Position numbers and translations under genes: made by a program
Notes under the pieces: model-generated
Database searches by the model: none
What the model saw: only the letters and a program-made list of their open reading frames with translations
Told to the model about the DNA's origin: nothing
NCBI GenBank assembly: GCA_016870475.1
Contig: VGBO01000003.1
Location: forward strand, 5,800 to 69,799
DNA: 64,000 nt
From: Actinomycetota bacterium
GTDB taxonomy: Bacteria; Actinomycetota; Acidimicrobiia; Acidimicrobiales; CAIXPF01
Reading direction: 5' to 3'
Shown here: positions 12,464-21,348 of the stretch, piece by piece
Numbering within the stretch: the first letter of the stretch is position 1
Layout: the number at the start of each line of letters is the position of its first letter

Positions 12464-13344
12464 TTCTTCGCACCTTCCTTTGCAACCGCAGTCGGATCGA
12501 ATTGGGCCTTCGCCTCGTCACCGAGGCAGATGTCGGTCGGCTCGCCGTCGAGCAGGTGGCACGGGGCCGTGCGCTCGTCCTGGCTGACCACGCCGGCGAG
12601 GGTCATGATCGGGAACGACAGGTTGCCGATGAGGATGATCGCCGCGAACCCGTTGGCGAAGGTGCGCCGGGCGGCGTTGAACTTCGGGTTGTTCCACCCG
12701 AGGCTCTGGAAGAGGCTCCACGCACCGTGGCGGAGGTGCACGGCGAGCGCCACGTTGGCGACGATGTAGATGATCGCGACCGGGACGTTCGAGAGGCTCT
12801 GCACCACGTTGTTGTAGACGTCGCCGTAGATGTACGTGTCGGGGAAGATCCGGCCCCACGTGAGGTCGGCGAGGTGGAACAACACGTAGAGGATCACCAC
12901 GAGACCGGTGAGCCGCATGGACCGCGACGACGTGTTCGCCACCCGGTAGCGACGGCTCGCCTGGTAGCGGGTCGGTCGGGCGGCCCGGTTGATCCTCGTG
13001 AGCGTCACGGCGGAGTGGATGTGCAGCGCCACCGCCCCGAGAAGCCCGGCACGCAGGCCCCACAGTGCCCACTCCCGGGGGATGAAGTGCCCGCCCAGGG
13101 TCCGCAGCGCCTCGGCGTACTCGTTGAACTTCGCCGGGCCCTCGTACATGTGGAGGTTGCCGATCATGTGCACGAGCACGAAGCCCATGAGCATGAGGCC
13201 CGTGACCCCCATCACCCACTTCTTGCCGACCGCCGACTGGTAGAGGCCGAAGGGGTACGGGAGGCGCTTCTGCGGCCGTCGGAACGCCGGCTTCACGAGC
13301 CCGCGCGCACTCACTCCCGACGAGCGCACCGTTGTGGTCGCCAC
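12460..13344 (-). CDS. sdhC: Succinate dehydrogenase cytochrome b subunit (single-subunit, b558-type anchor)
   Basis: GTG at 13344 is preceded by GGAGGAG. Five predicted TM helices with conserved His residues ([42 protein letters not shown]). The 568-aa track ORF is an upstream read-through. Confidence 0.8.
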
Positions 13345-13485
13345 GTGTCTCCTCCCAGCCCGCCCCGGGCGGTCTTGCATGCGTCGATGTGAGGGGAACG
13401 GTACCGTCTCGCCGAGGGACGCGGCGAACCGTGTCGGGTCCGGGTCGGTCGACGGTCGCAGGGCCGGGGCAGGGGAGAAATCCGG

Positions 13486-14262
13486 GTGGAACTTCGGGAC
13501 CGTGTCGCGGTGATCACCGGGGGTGGCGGCGGGATCGGGTCGGCGGTCGGTCGCCGGTTCGCCGCCGAGGGGGCGCGGGCGGTGGTGCTCGTCGACCGCG
13601 ACGCAGCCGCGGCCGAGGCGGCGGCCGCACAGCTCGGTCTCGGCGAGCGCGGGTTCGGGGTCGGCCTCGACGTCACCGACGAGGCGGCGGTGGTCTCCCT
13701 CGTGGAGTCGGTGCTCGACCGGTTCGGGCCGATCGACGTGTTCTTCTCGAACGCCGGTGCCGGCGCCGACGGAGGCGTCGAGGCGTCGAATGCGGCGTGG
13801 CAGCGGCAGTGGGACCTGCACGTGATGTCGCACGTGTACGCGGCTCGGGCCGTGCTGCCCTCGATGGTGGCGCGGGGTGAGGGCTATCTGCTGCACACGG
13901 CGTCGGCGGCCGGGTTGCTGCTCGCGATGGGCAGCGCGCCCTACAGCGTGACGAAGGCGGCGTGCATCAAGCTCGCCGAGTACCTGGCGATCAGCCACGG
14001 CGACGACGGCATCCGGGTCTCGGTGCTGTGCCCGCAGGGGGTGAACACCGCGATGGCCCCCCGCCAGCTCGGCGACGGGGCGACGGACGGGATCAAGGAG
14101 CCCGACGACGTGGCCGTCGCGGTCGTCGAGGCGATGCGGGAGGAGCGGTTCATGATCCTGTCGCACCCCGAGGTCGGTGAGTACGTGCGGCGCAAGGCGA
14201 TCGATCCGGATCGCTGGCTGCGCGGGATGCGACGCCTACGGGGTCGTTCGCTCGACCGCTGA
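13486..14262 (+). CDS. SDR family oxidoreductase
   Basis: ORF track 258 aa. TGGGGGIG cofactor motif, NAG, and catalytic YSVTKAA (YxxxK). Confidence 0.85.
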   Translation: MELRDRVAVITGGGGGIGSAVGRRFAAEGARAVVLVDRDAAAAEAAAAQLGLGERGFGVGLDVTDEAAVVSLVESVLDRFGPIDVFFSNAGAGADGGVEASNAAWQRQWDLHVMSHVYAARAVLPSMVARGEGYLLHTASAAGLLLAMGSAPYSVTKAACIKLAEYLAISHGDDGIRVSVLCPQGVNTAMAPRQLGDGATDGIKEPDDVAVAVVEAMREERFMILSHPEVGEYVRRKAIDPDRWLRGMRRLRGRSLDR

Positions 14263-14336
14263 GAGGGCCGAAGGTCCCGTGCTCTCGGGACCTCCGACCA
14301 CTGCGCCGGATCGGACCGCCTCCGTACCGTCGACCC

Positions 14337-14597
14337 ATGGCACTTGCGCAGATCGACATGGCGGCCGACGAGATGCTCGAGCCGGAGGACCGGGCGTTCG
14401 TGCGGACCACGGCGCTTGGCGTCCTCGTCGGCGTCGCGGTCGTGTTCGGGCTGATCACCCTCGCCGTGCAGATCGTCGCCGGCGGTCTCGGGTGGTGGTA
14501 CACGCTCGGCGTGGCGACGTTCGCATCGGTGGTGACCGGCGGGTTCTTCGGTGGCGTGGTGTTCGCCTCACGCCACCTCATTGTCCACGGCCACTGA
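14337..14597 (+). CDS. Small membrane protein, hypothetical
   Basis: ORF track 86 aa with two clear hydrophobic helices (LGVLVGVAVVFGLITLAVQIV; VATFASVVTGGFFGGVVFA). Confidence 0.5.
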   Translation: MALAQIDMAADEMLEPEDRAFVRTTALGVLVGVAVVFGLITLAVQIVAGGLGWWYTLGVATFASVVTGGFFGGVVFASRHLIVHGH

Positions 14598-14603
14598 GCG
14601 GGC

Positions 14604-15572
14604 TCAGCGGCGCAGCGGTGCTGCGTCGCTCCAGGCGAGTCGCTCCTCGACGACGGGGAGTCGGACCTGCCGCCAGGTGATCTGAACGGCGTCGCCGTCG
14701 GCGGGTTCGACCATCAGTTCGAACATGCCGCTCCGTACCTCGTCGCGCGGTCGGGCGAGCAGTTGCAGGAACGCCTCGGCGGCCTCGGTCGTGGCGAGCA
14801 TGCGTGGCTGCCACCTCCCGAACACCTTCTCGTTGTCGGCGTACTCGTCGGTCATGCCGGTGCGGATGAAGGGGAAGAGCACGGAGCACGCCGAGGCGAG
14901 CTCCGCGGCGCGCCCGAGGTTGATGTCGAGGACCTGCGGGAGCTGCAGGACCGCCCAGTTCGAGATCGCGTAGCCGGGGACGGAGGGCCCCGGGTCGATC
15001 GCCTGCCGGGAGGACACGTAGACGATCTGCACGGGCACGCCGTGGTGCACGGCCTCGCCGGCCCAGAGGTGGGTGACGGCGAGGAACCCGTCGATCTTCG
15101 TGTCGAGCACGAGCCGGGACTCCTCGAGGTTGTCGATGAAGTGCTGGCGCACACGGGCCCGCCGCATCGCCGTGGACTCGTCGGGGACCTCGCGCAGCGC
15201 CCGGCCGAAGCTGTAGCCGCGCTCCGTGAGTCCGGAGTTGCAGATGATGAGGTCGGGCGGGAGTCCGCCCATGTGCTCGATGACGTAGGACCGCATCGCC
15301 CACAGGTCGCCCATGTTCGTCACGTCGGCCTGCACGGGGAATGCGTCGACACCTTCCGACCGCAGGCGGTCGACCAGGTCGAAGCCGTCGTGGTAGCTGC
15401 GGTGGAAGTGCACGCCGACGGTCGCCGCGCCGTTCAGGCCGGCGGCGAGAGCGAAGGCCTGACCGATGCCGCCGTCCTTGCCCGCCCCGGTGATCAGCAC
15501 CCGCCGCCCGGTCACCCCGGCGGCGAGTTGCGGGTCGAAGCGGAAGGCGTCGAGGTCGACGGTGAACGCCAT
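14604..15572 (-). CDS. Atypical SDR-like NAD(P)-binding protein
   Basis: ATG at 15572 is preceded by GGAGG. RVLITGAGKDGGIGQAFA Rossmann motif. The expected YxxxK reads YAISN, so the catalytic Lys may be missing. The 771-aa track ORF is a read-through. Confidence 0.7.
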   Translation of the reverse strand: MAFTVDLDAFRFDPQLAAGVTGRRVLITGAGKDGGIGQAFALAAGLNGAATVGVHFHRSYHDGFDLVDRLRSEGVDAFPVQADVTNMGDLWAMRSYVIEHMGGLPPDLIICNSGLTERGYSFGRALREVPDESTAMRRARVRQHFIDNLEESRLVLDTKIDGFLAVTHLWAGEAVHHGVPVQIVYVSSRQAIDPGPSVPGYAISNWAVLQLPQVLDINLGRAAELASACSVLFPFIRTGMTDEYADNEKVFGRWQPRMLATTEAAEAFLQLLARPRDEVRSGMFELMVEPADGDAVQITWRQVRLPVVEERLAWSDAAPLRR

Positions 15573-15659
15573 GGTTGGCCTCCGTGAGCGATGGTGCTCC
15601 GAGGCTAGGTGCCCTGGTCCACGATCTCGCAGCCGTGGGCTCTCGGTTAGCGTGGCCGC

Positions 15660-17078
15660 ATGTCGACCACCGCGCATCCTCCGGCAGCGACCCTCGGACA
15701 GCTCCGGGCGTCCGGCTGGGTCTCCCGGTCCGTGAAGGCCGAGCTCCGCGAGAGCGCGATCGCAAGGATCCGGGCGGGTGAGCCGCTCTTCCCCCGGGTG
15801 CTCGGCTACGAGGACACGGTGGTGCCGCAGCTCGAGAACGCGCTGCTCGCCGGACACGACATCGTGCTGCTCGGGGAGCGCGGGCAGGCGAAGACGCGGC
15901 TGATCCGTGCCCTCGTCGGTCTGCTGGACGAGTGGATGCCAATCGTCGCCGGCTCCGAGATCAACGACGATCCGTACGAACCGATCTCGAGGTACGCCCG
16001 TGATCTTCTCGCCGAGCACGGCGACGACACGCGCATCGAGTGGGTCCACCGGGACCGTCGCTACGGCGAGAAGCTGGCCACGCCCGACACGTCGGTCGCC
16101 GATCTCATCGGCGAGGTCGACCCGATCAAGGTGGCGGAGGGCCGCTACCTGTCCGACGAGTTGACCGTCCACTACGGGCTGGTTCCCCGGACGAATCGCG
16201 GGATCTTCGCCATCAACGAACTCCCGGACCTCGCCGAGCGGATCCAGGTCGGGTTGTTGAACGTGCTCGAGGAGCGCGACGTGCAGATCCGCGGCTACAA
16301 GCTGCGACTCCCGCTCGACGTCGTGCTCGTCGCCTCGGCGAACCCCGAGGACTACACGAACCGCGGTCGGCTCATCACCCCGTTGAAGGACCGGTTCGGT
16401 TCCCAGATCCGCACCCACTACCCGCCGACGGTCGAGATCGAGATGGAGATCGTCGCCCAGGAGGCGGTGCCCTTCGCCGTGGACGGCCTGCGCGTCTCCG
16501 TTCCCGAGTGGATGCGCGAGATCGTCGCGACCGTGTCGCACCTCGCCCGGGCGTCGGGCAACGTCAACCAGCGGTCGGGCGTCTCGGTCCGCCTGTCGGT
16601 GTCGAACGAGGAGACCCTCGTGGCGAACGCAGCACGGAGGTGCCTGCTCGCGGGTGAGGACGAGGTCGTGCCCCGGGTCTGCGACCTCGACGCGATGCTC
16701 GCCTCGACCATGGGCAAGGTCGAGATCGAGTCGCTCGAGGAAGGCCGCGACGTGGCGATCGTCGACCAGTTCCTGCGCCAGGCGACCCTCGCCGTCTTCC
16801 GCGACCGGATCGACCCGGACGTCGCCGGTGCGGTCCTCGACGCGTTCGAGGACGGGCTCACCGTCAGCACCGGGGAAGATGTCTCCTCGGCGGATCTCGC
16901 GGCGGTCGCCGGGGCGCACCCGGCACTCGCCACGGCGGTCGCGACCCTCGACGGCGTCGCCGACTCACCGGCGACGGTCGCCTCGGCCGTGGAGTTCGTC
17001 CTCGAGGGCCTGCACCTTTCGAAGCGACTCAACAAGGACGCCGTGGGGAACCGCGCGAGCTATCGCTCGCGGAGCTGA
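15660..17078 (+). CDS. AAA+ ATPase, Mg-chelatase ChlI / MoxR-like
   Basis: ORF track 472 aa. Walker A LLGERGQAKT and Walker B-like GIFAINELPDL. Overall resemblance to the actinobacterial family annotated as possible magnesium chelatase, which is normally paired with a VWA protein. Confidence 0.85.
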   Translation: MSTTAHPPAATLGQLRASGWVSRSVKAELRESAIARIRAGEPLFPRVLGYEDTVVPQLENALLAGHDIVLLGERGQAKTRLIRALVGLLDEWMPIVAGSEINDDPYEPISRYARDLLAEHGDDTRIEWVHRDRRYGEKLATPDTSVADLIGEVDPIKVAEGRYLSDELTVHYGLVPRTNRGIFAINELPDLAERIQVGLLNVLEERDVQIRGYKLRLPLDVVLVASANPEDYTNRGRLITPLKDRFGSQIRTHYPPTVEIEMEIVAQEAVPFAVDGLRVSVPEWMREIVATVSHLARASGNVNQRSGVSVRLSVSNEETLVANAARRCLLAGEDEVVPRVCDLDAMLASTMGKVEIESLEEGRDVAIVDQFLRQATLAVFRDRIDPDVAGAVLDAFEDGLTVSTGEDVSSADLAAVAGAHPALATAVATLDGVADSPATVASAVEFVLEGLHLSKRLNKDAVGNRASYRSRS

Positions 17079-18280
17079 CGTTCCGCCCGCGCCCGGGCAC
17101 CGAGCTCGACACCGGTCGGACGCAGCGTCCGGTCGCGGGTGAGGAGTCCGAGGCGTGGGCCGAAGCCAATGCTCCCGTCGGTCCCGGCGAGGAGGTCGGC
17201 TGCGGCGATTCGGTAGCCGTCGACGGCGGGCTCCCACAGCCACGCCCGGAGGTCGATCCCGTCACGGCGGGCCGCGTCGACCTGCGCGAGGGCCTCGTCC
17301 AGGCGCTCGAGGTCGGCGGGATCGTCGGCGGCGCCCGCAGCGACGGTCTGACCGAGGACCATCAGCGGCCGATCCGGACCTTCCTCGGCGGCGCGGTGCA
17401 GTGTGGCGAGCAGGTGCTCCGGTCCGTGGCGTCGGTACAGGCCCCCGTCGCCGTCGACGACGAGCTCACCCTCGGGGAACAGCCCGACAACGTCGAAGGC
17501 GTCACGCATCGCCGGGACCTGCACGGGCGGGAGGCGACGGAGGTGGAGGACACCGTCACGGAAGCCTTCCGTCCAGCACCACAGCGTCTCCTCGAGCGCC
17601 CGGGCTCGGCGACTGCTCGTCACCCGCTCGTCGGCGGCCCGGACCGGGCCGACCTCGTAGCAGGCGGCCACCGGCGCACGACCGCCGCGCAGGACTCGCC
17701 AGGACTCGAGCGCGGCGAGGTGCCCGCCGCGGACGGTCTCGATGAACTTCTGGGGGCTACGGACCGCCGGAGGTGCAGTGCCCACGAGGAACGCCGCCCG
17801 TGCCGCTGCGACGGTCCGGGTGATGGGCGCCCACCCGTCGACGAGGTCACCGAAGGCGTCGGCGCAGCGCTCCACGTGCCGCGGCCACAGCAGCGACCGG
17901 GAGGTCCGGTCGCGCCAACCGTTGAGGTCGACGGCGAACCAGCCCGGCAGCACGCCATCGGCGAGGGTGACCCACACGGCGAGGCCGGTCGATCGGATCG
18001 AGGTGATCCGTTCCCGGTAGGTCTCGAGGGCGGCCCGGTCGATGCGCCCCTCCGCCGGTTCGATGCGGGCCCAGTCGATCCCCATCCGGACGAGGTCGAG
18101 GCCGGCGTCGGCGAGTTGGCGGGCGTCGGCGTCGAGATCGGACACGGCCCCATTCCCGTCGGCGCTCGGCGGTGCGGCCCCCGCCTGTTCGTGGGCGAAC
18201 CAGTCCGACGCGAGCGACGCGCCCTCGGCCTGCGTCGCGGACCATGCGGCACCGAGGCGGAGTCCCGGCGGCGGCGTCAT
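17060..18280 (-). CDS. Glycoside hydrolase family 1-like protein, probably catalytically dead
   Basis: ORF track 406 aa. GH1-type blocks GLDLVRMGIDWARIEPAEGRIDRAALETYRERITSIRSTGLAVWVTL and FGPRLGLLTRDRTLRPTG. The NEP acid/base site reads TRT (GWAPITRTV). The I/V-TENG nucleophile site reads LGQTV. Confidence 0.7.
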   Translation of the reverse strand: MTPPPGLRLGAAWSATQAEGASLASDWFAHEQAGAAPPSADGNGAVSDLDADARQLADAGLDLVRMGIDWARIEPAEGRIDRAALETYRERITSIRSTGLAVWVTLADGVLPGWFAVDLNGWRDRTSRSLLWPRHVERCADAFGDLVDGWAPITRTVAAARAAFLVGTAPPAVRSPQKFIETVRGGHLAALESWRVLRGGRAPVAACYEVGPVRAADERVTSSRRARALEETLWCWTEGFRDGVLHLRRLPPVQVPAMRDAFDVVGLFPEGELVVDGDGGLYRRHGPEHLLATLHRAAEEGPDRPLMVLGQTVAAGAADDPADLERLDEALAQVDAARRDGIDLRAWLWEPAVDGYRIAAADLLAGTDGSIGFGPRLGLLTRDRTLRPTGVELGARARAERQLRER

Positions 18281-18346
18281 GGAGTGACGGTACTCGGGGT
18301 GCAGGCGACCCCGGCACAGGCCGGGTTCGGTCGGTACGCTGCCCCC

Positions 18347-20368
18347 ATGACGGCACCGCGTTTCCGGTACTCACGCTGGGACGGCTCGCAGAAGGGATTC
18401 TCCTTCGGAGCGGACGACGTGATGTCGGAGATCACCGACGATCTCCTCTACCACGGCGATCTGAATGCGGCGCTCCGGCGCATGATGCAGCAGGGCATGC
18501 GGAACGCCGACGGCGAGCGCATGCAGGGCGTGCGCGAGATGCTCGAGAATCTGCGTCGTCGTCGGAAGGACGAGCTCGAGCGGTACGACCTCGGTGGTGT
18601 GTACGACGACATAGCGCAGGAGTTGCGCGAGGTCGTGGAGACCGAGCGGGAGGCGATCGAGGACCGGCTCGACGACGTCGCCGCATCGGGCGACGACCGC
18701 CAGAAGGACCTGACGCGTCAGGCGATGGGGGAGCGGAACCTGCAGCTCGACATGCTGCCGCGCGACCTCGCCGGTCAGGTCCGCGGACTGCAGGACTACG
18801 ACTTCGTCTCCGAAGCGGCCGCTCAGCGGTTCGAGGAGCTCGTCGACCAGCTCCGCCAGCAGGTCGTCCAGTCGCAGTTCAACGAGATGGCCGGGGCGAT
18901 GCAGGACATCCGACCCGAGGACATGGCGCGCATGAAGGACATGATGAGCGCGCTCAACGAGCTGCTCGAGGCGCGCAACCGTGGCGAGGACACCCAGGAG
19001 GCGTTCGAGCGGTTCATGTCGGAGTTCGGGGACTTCTTCCCGGAGAACCCGCAGGATCTCGAGGAGCTCCTCGAGCTGATGGCGCGTCGGATGGCGGCGA
19101 TGCAGGCGATGCTCAACTCCATGACGCCCGAGCAGCGCCAGCAGCTCCAGGAGCTGTCGAACCAGCTCCTCGAGGACATGGATCTGCGCTGGCAGATGGA
19201 TCAGCTCGCCCAGAACCTGCAGGCGGCGTTCCCCGACGCCGGGTGGGAGCGCAGCTACGACTTCAGCGGACAAGATCCGCTCGACATGATGTCGGCGTCG
19301 CAGGTGATGCAGGACCTCGGCGATCTCGACGACCTCGAGAACCTGCTGCGGAACGCATCGAACCCGGGGGCGTTGGCTGAGGTCGACGTCGACCGTGCCC
19401 GCGAGCTCCTCGGCGAGGACGCGGCGCAGAGCCTCGAGAACATGGCCCGGGTGGCGCGCATGCTCGAGGAGGCGGGTCTCATCGAGAACCGGGAGGGCAA
19501 GCTCGAGCTGACCCCTCGTGGGTTGCGTCGTCTCGGCCAGAACGCCCTCGCGGAGCTGTTCCGGAAGCTGCGGGTCGACCAGGTCGGACAGCACCAGATC
19601 GAGAAGTCGGGCTGGGGTCACGAGCGCGAGTACTCGACGAAGGCGTACGAGTTCGGCGATCCGTTCAACCTCGACATCAACGAGACCGTTCGCAATGCAA
19701 TCCGCCGGGTGGGGACGGGCACCCCGGTGCGGCTCACCCCGGAGGACTTCGAGGTGGAGCGCACCGAGTCGATGGTGCGGCAGTCGACCGTGTTGATGCT
19801 CGACCTGTCGATGTCGATGCCGATGCGCGACAACTTCCTGCCGGCGAAGAAGGTCGCGATGGCGCTGCACCAGCTCATCTCGTCGGCCTACCCGCGGGAC
19901 TACCTCGGTCTCGTCGGCTTCTCGTCGGTGGCCCGCGAGTTCAAGGCATCGGAGTTGCCCGAGGTCTCCTGGGACTACGTGTACGGCACGAACATGCAGC
20001 ACGGCATGGCGATCGCCCGTCGGTTGCTCGCCCGCCAGTCCGGGTCGAAGCAGATCATCATGATCACCGACGGCGAGCCGACCGCCCATACCGAGGACGA
20101 CGGCACGCCGTACTTCGCCTATCCGCCCGAGCCGGAGACGATCCGCCGCACACTCCGCGAGGTGGGGCGGTGCACGCGCGACGGCATCGTGATCAACACG
20201 TTCATGCTCGACGCGACCAGTTACCTGAAGGCGTTCATCGAGCGTGTGGCCGAGATGAACCGTGGTCGTGCGTTCTTCACGACACCCGAGACGCTCGGTG
20301 ACTACGTGCTCGTCGACTTCATCGAGCAGAAGAAGCGCCTGCTCGGTGGCCGGGCCCGTCGGGCCTGA
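18347..20368 (+). CDS. VWA domain-containing protein (partner of the AAA+ ATPase)
   Basis: ATG at 18347 inside track ORF 17396..20368. Long acidic, Met/Gln-rich helical region. C-terminal VWA domain with MIDAS motif DLSMSM and IIMITDGEPT. Confidence 0.85.
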   Translation: MTAPRFRYSRWDGSQKGFSFGADDVMSEITDDLLYHGDLNAALRRMMQQGMRNADGERMQGVREMLENLRRRRKDELERYDLGGVYDDIAQELREVVETEREAIEDRLDDVAASGDDRQKDLTRQAMGERNLQLDMLPRDLAGQVRGLQDYDFVSEAAAQRFEELVDQLRQQVVQSQFNEMAGAMQDIRPEDMARMKDMMSALNELLEARNRGEDTQEAFERFMSEFGDFFPENPQDLEELLELMARRMAAMQAMLNSMTPEQRQQLQELSNQLLEDMDLRWQMDQLAQNLQAAFPDAGWERSYDFSGQDPLDMMSASQVMQDLGDLDDLENLLRNASNPGALAEVDVDRARELLGEDAAQSLENMARVARMLEEAGLIENREGKLELTPRGLRRLGQNALAELFRKLRVDQVGQHQIEKSGWGHEREYSTKAYEFGDPFNLDINETVRNAIRRVGTGTPVRLTPEDFEVERTESMVRQSTVLMLDLSMSMPMRDNFLPAKKVAMALHQLISSAYPRDYLGLVGFSSVAREFKASELPEVSWDYVYGTNMQHGMAIARRLLARQSGSKQIIMITDGEPTAHTEDDGTPYFAYPPEPETIRRTLREVGRCTRDGIVINTFMLDATSYLKAFIERVAEMNRGRAFFTTPETLGDYVLVDFIEQKKRLLGGRARRA

Positions 20369-20497
20369 CGACCGTCGGCGCTCGGACGCCGAATTCGTTC
20401 GGCCTTGCGACCGCGCCGTCGCTGCGCAATGATGACATCGCTGTAATTACGTGCCCGTCCCCACGGGGCATCCCGGCAAGGACCGGGGAGGAACGAC

Positions 20498-20785
20498 ATG
20501 CGAAACGTCATCGAGAACGAGGATCTGACCTGGCAGCGGCTCGCCAACTGCCTGGGCGTCGATCCCGACCTGTTCTTCCCCGAGCGCGGTGCGTCGACGC
20601 GGGAGGCCAAGGAGGTCTGTCGCGGGTGCGTCGTCCGGGAGAGCTGCCTCGAGTTCGCCATCACGAACGGCGAGAAGTTCGGGATCTGGGGCGGGCTGTC
20701 GGAGCGTGAACGCCGACGGATCCGGCGGGCCCGTGCGGTCGCAGCGGCGAACGTCGTCCCGCTGCGCCGACCGGCCTCGGCCTGA
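20498..20785 (+). CDS. WhiB family transcriptional regulator
   Basis: ORF track 95 aa. Four Cys (NC...VCRGCVVRESC) and the GIWGG turn followed by a basic tail. Confidence 0.9.
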   Translation: MRNVIENEDLTWQRLANCLGVDPDLFFPERGASTREAKEVCRGCVVRESCLEFAITNGEKFGIWGGLSERERRRIRRARAVAAANVVPLRRPASA

Positions 20786-20837
20786 CTCTCTGCCGGCCCG
20801 GGGCGGCACGAACGCCCGGCATCGGTAGGATGCGGGC

Positions 20838-21011
20838 ATGTTCGCATTCATCCAGGGACCCGAGTGGATTCTGGTTCTCGTGGTTCTCCTGCTGTTCTTC
20901 GGCGGGTCGCAGTTGCCCAAGCTCGCCCGGTCGCTCGGGCAGGCGCAGCGTGAGCTGAAGAAGGGCCTCGAAGAGGGCGCCTCCGGGGACACCGACAAGA
21001 AGTCGTCCTGA
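20838..21011 (+). CDS. tatA: Twin-arginine translocase TatA/TatE family subunit
   Basis: Own translation; at 57 aa it is below the ORF-track size cutoff. MFAFIQGPEWILVLVVLLLFFGGSQLPKLARSLGQAQRELKKGLEEGASGDTDKKSS: TM helix, amphipathic helix and acidic/basic tail. Confidence 0.8.
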   Translation: MFAFIQGPEWILVLVVLLLFFGGSQLPKLARSLGQAQRELKKGLEEGASGDTDKKSS

Positions 21012-21068
21012 CGACGACGCACTAGCGTTCCACGGCCGCACCACGCCCTTTCGTCCGGAGAGACACCG

Positions 21069-21335
21069 ATGACCGACACCGCACCCCTCGAGGCGCCGAT
21101 CGCGCACGTGACCATCGTCTACCTCGGACCGGTCGCGCCCCACTGGGAGGTGCGCGGCATCGCCGGCGACCGCAAGGCGATCGACGACTTCCGCAACCGG
21201 GTCGCCGCCCGACTCGTGCTGCTCCCCCCGCACGACCCCCAGTTCCGCCGCAATCGTGAGCGGGTGCAGCGGGACGCCGAGCGCGAGAACATCGCCCTCG
21301 GCTGGGACCTCGGCTACGACGAGCAGGAAAGCTGA
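21069..21335 (+). CDS. Hypothetical small protein
   Basis: ORF track 88 aa. Protein-like composition, ending 14 nt before ppk1. No family recognised. Confidence 0.45.
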   Translation: MTDTAPLEAPIAHVTIVYLGPVAPHWEVRGIAGDRKAIDDFRNRVAARLVLLPPHDPQFRRNRERVQRDAERENIALGWDLGYDEQES

Positions 21336-21348
21336 TCCGGCCGGGGTC

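Noticed and set aside
20405-20433. TTGCGA-17 nt-AATGAT upstream of whiB, considered as a promoter.
   Set aside because: It is plausible, but the -10 is weak and several alternative hexamers (TGTAAT, TAATTA) lie nearby. It is not supportable as a feature without transcription-start-site data.
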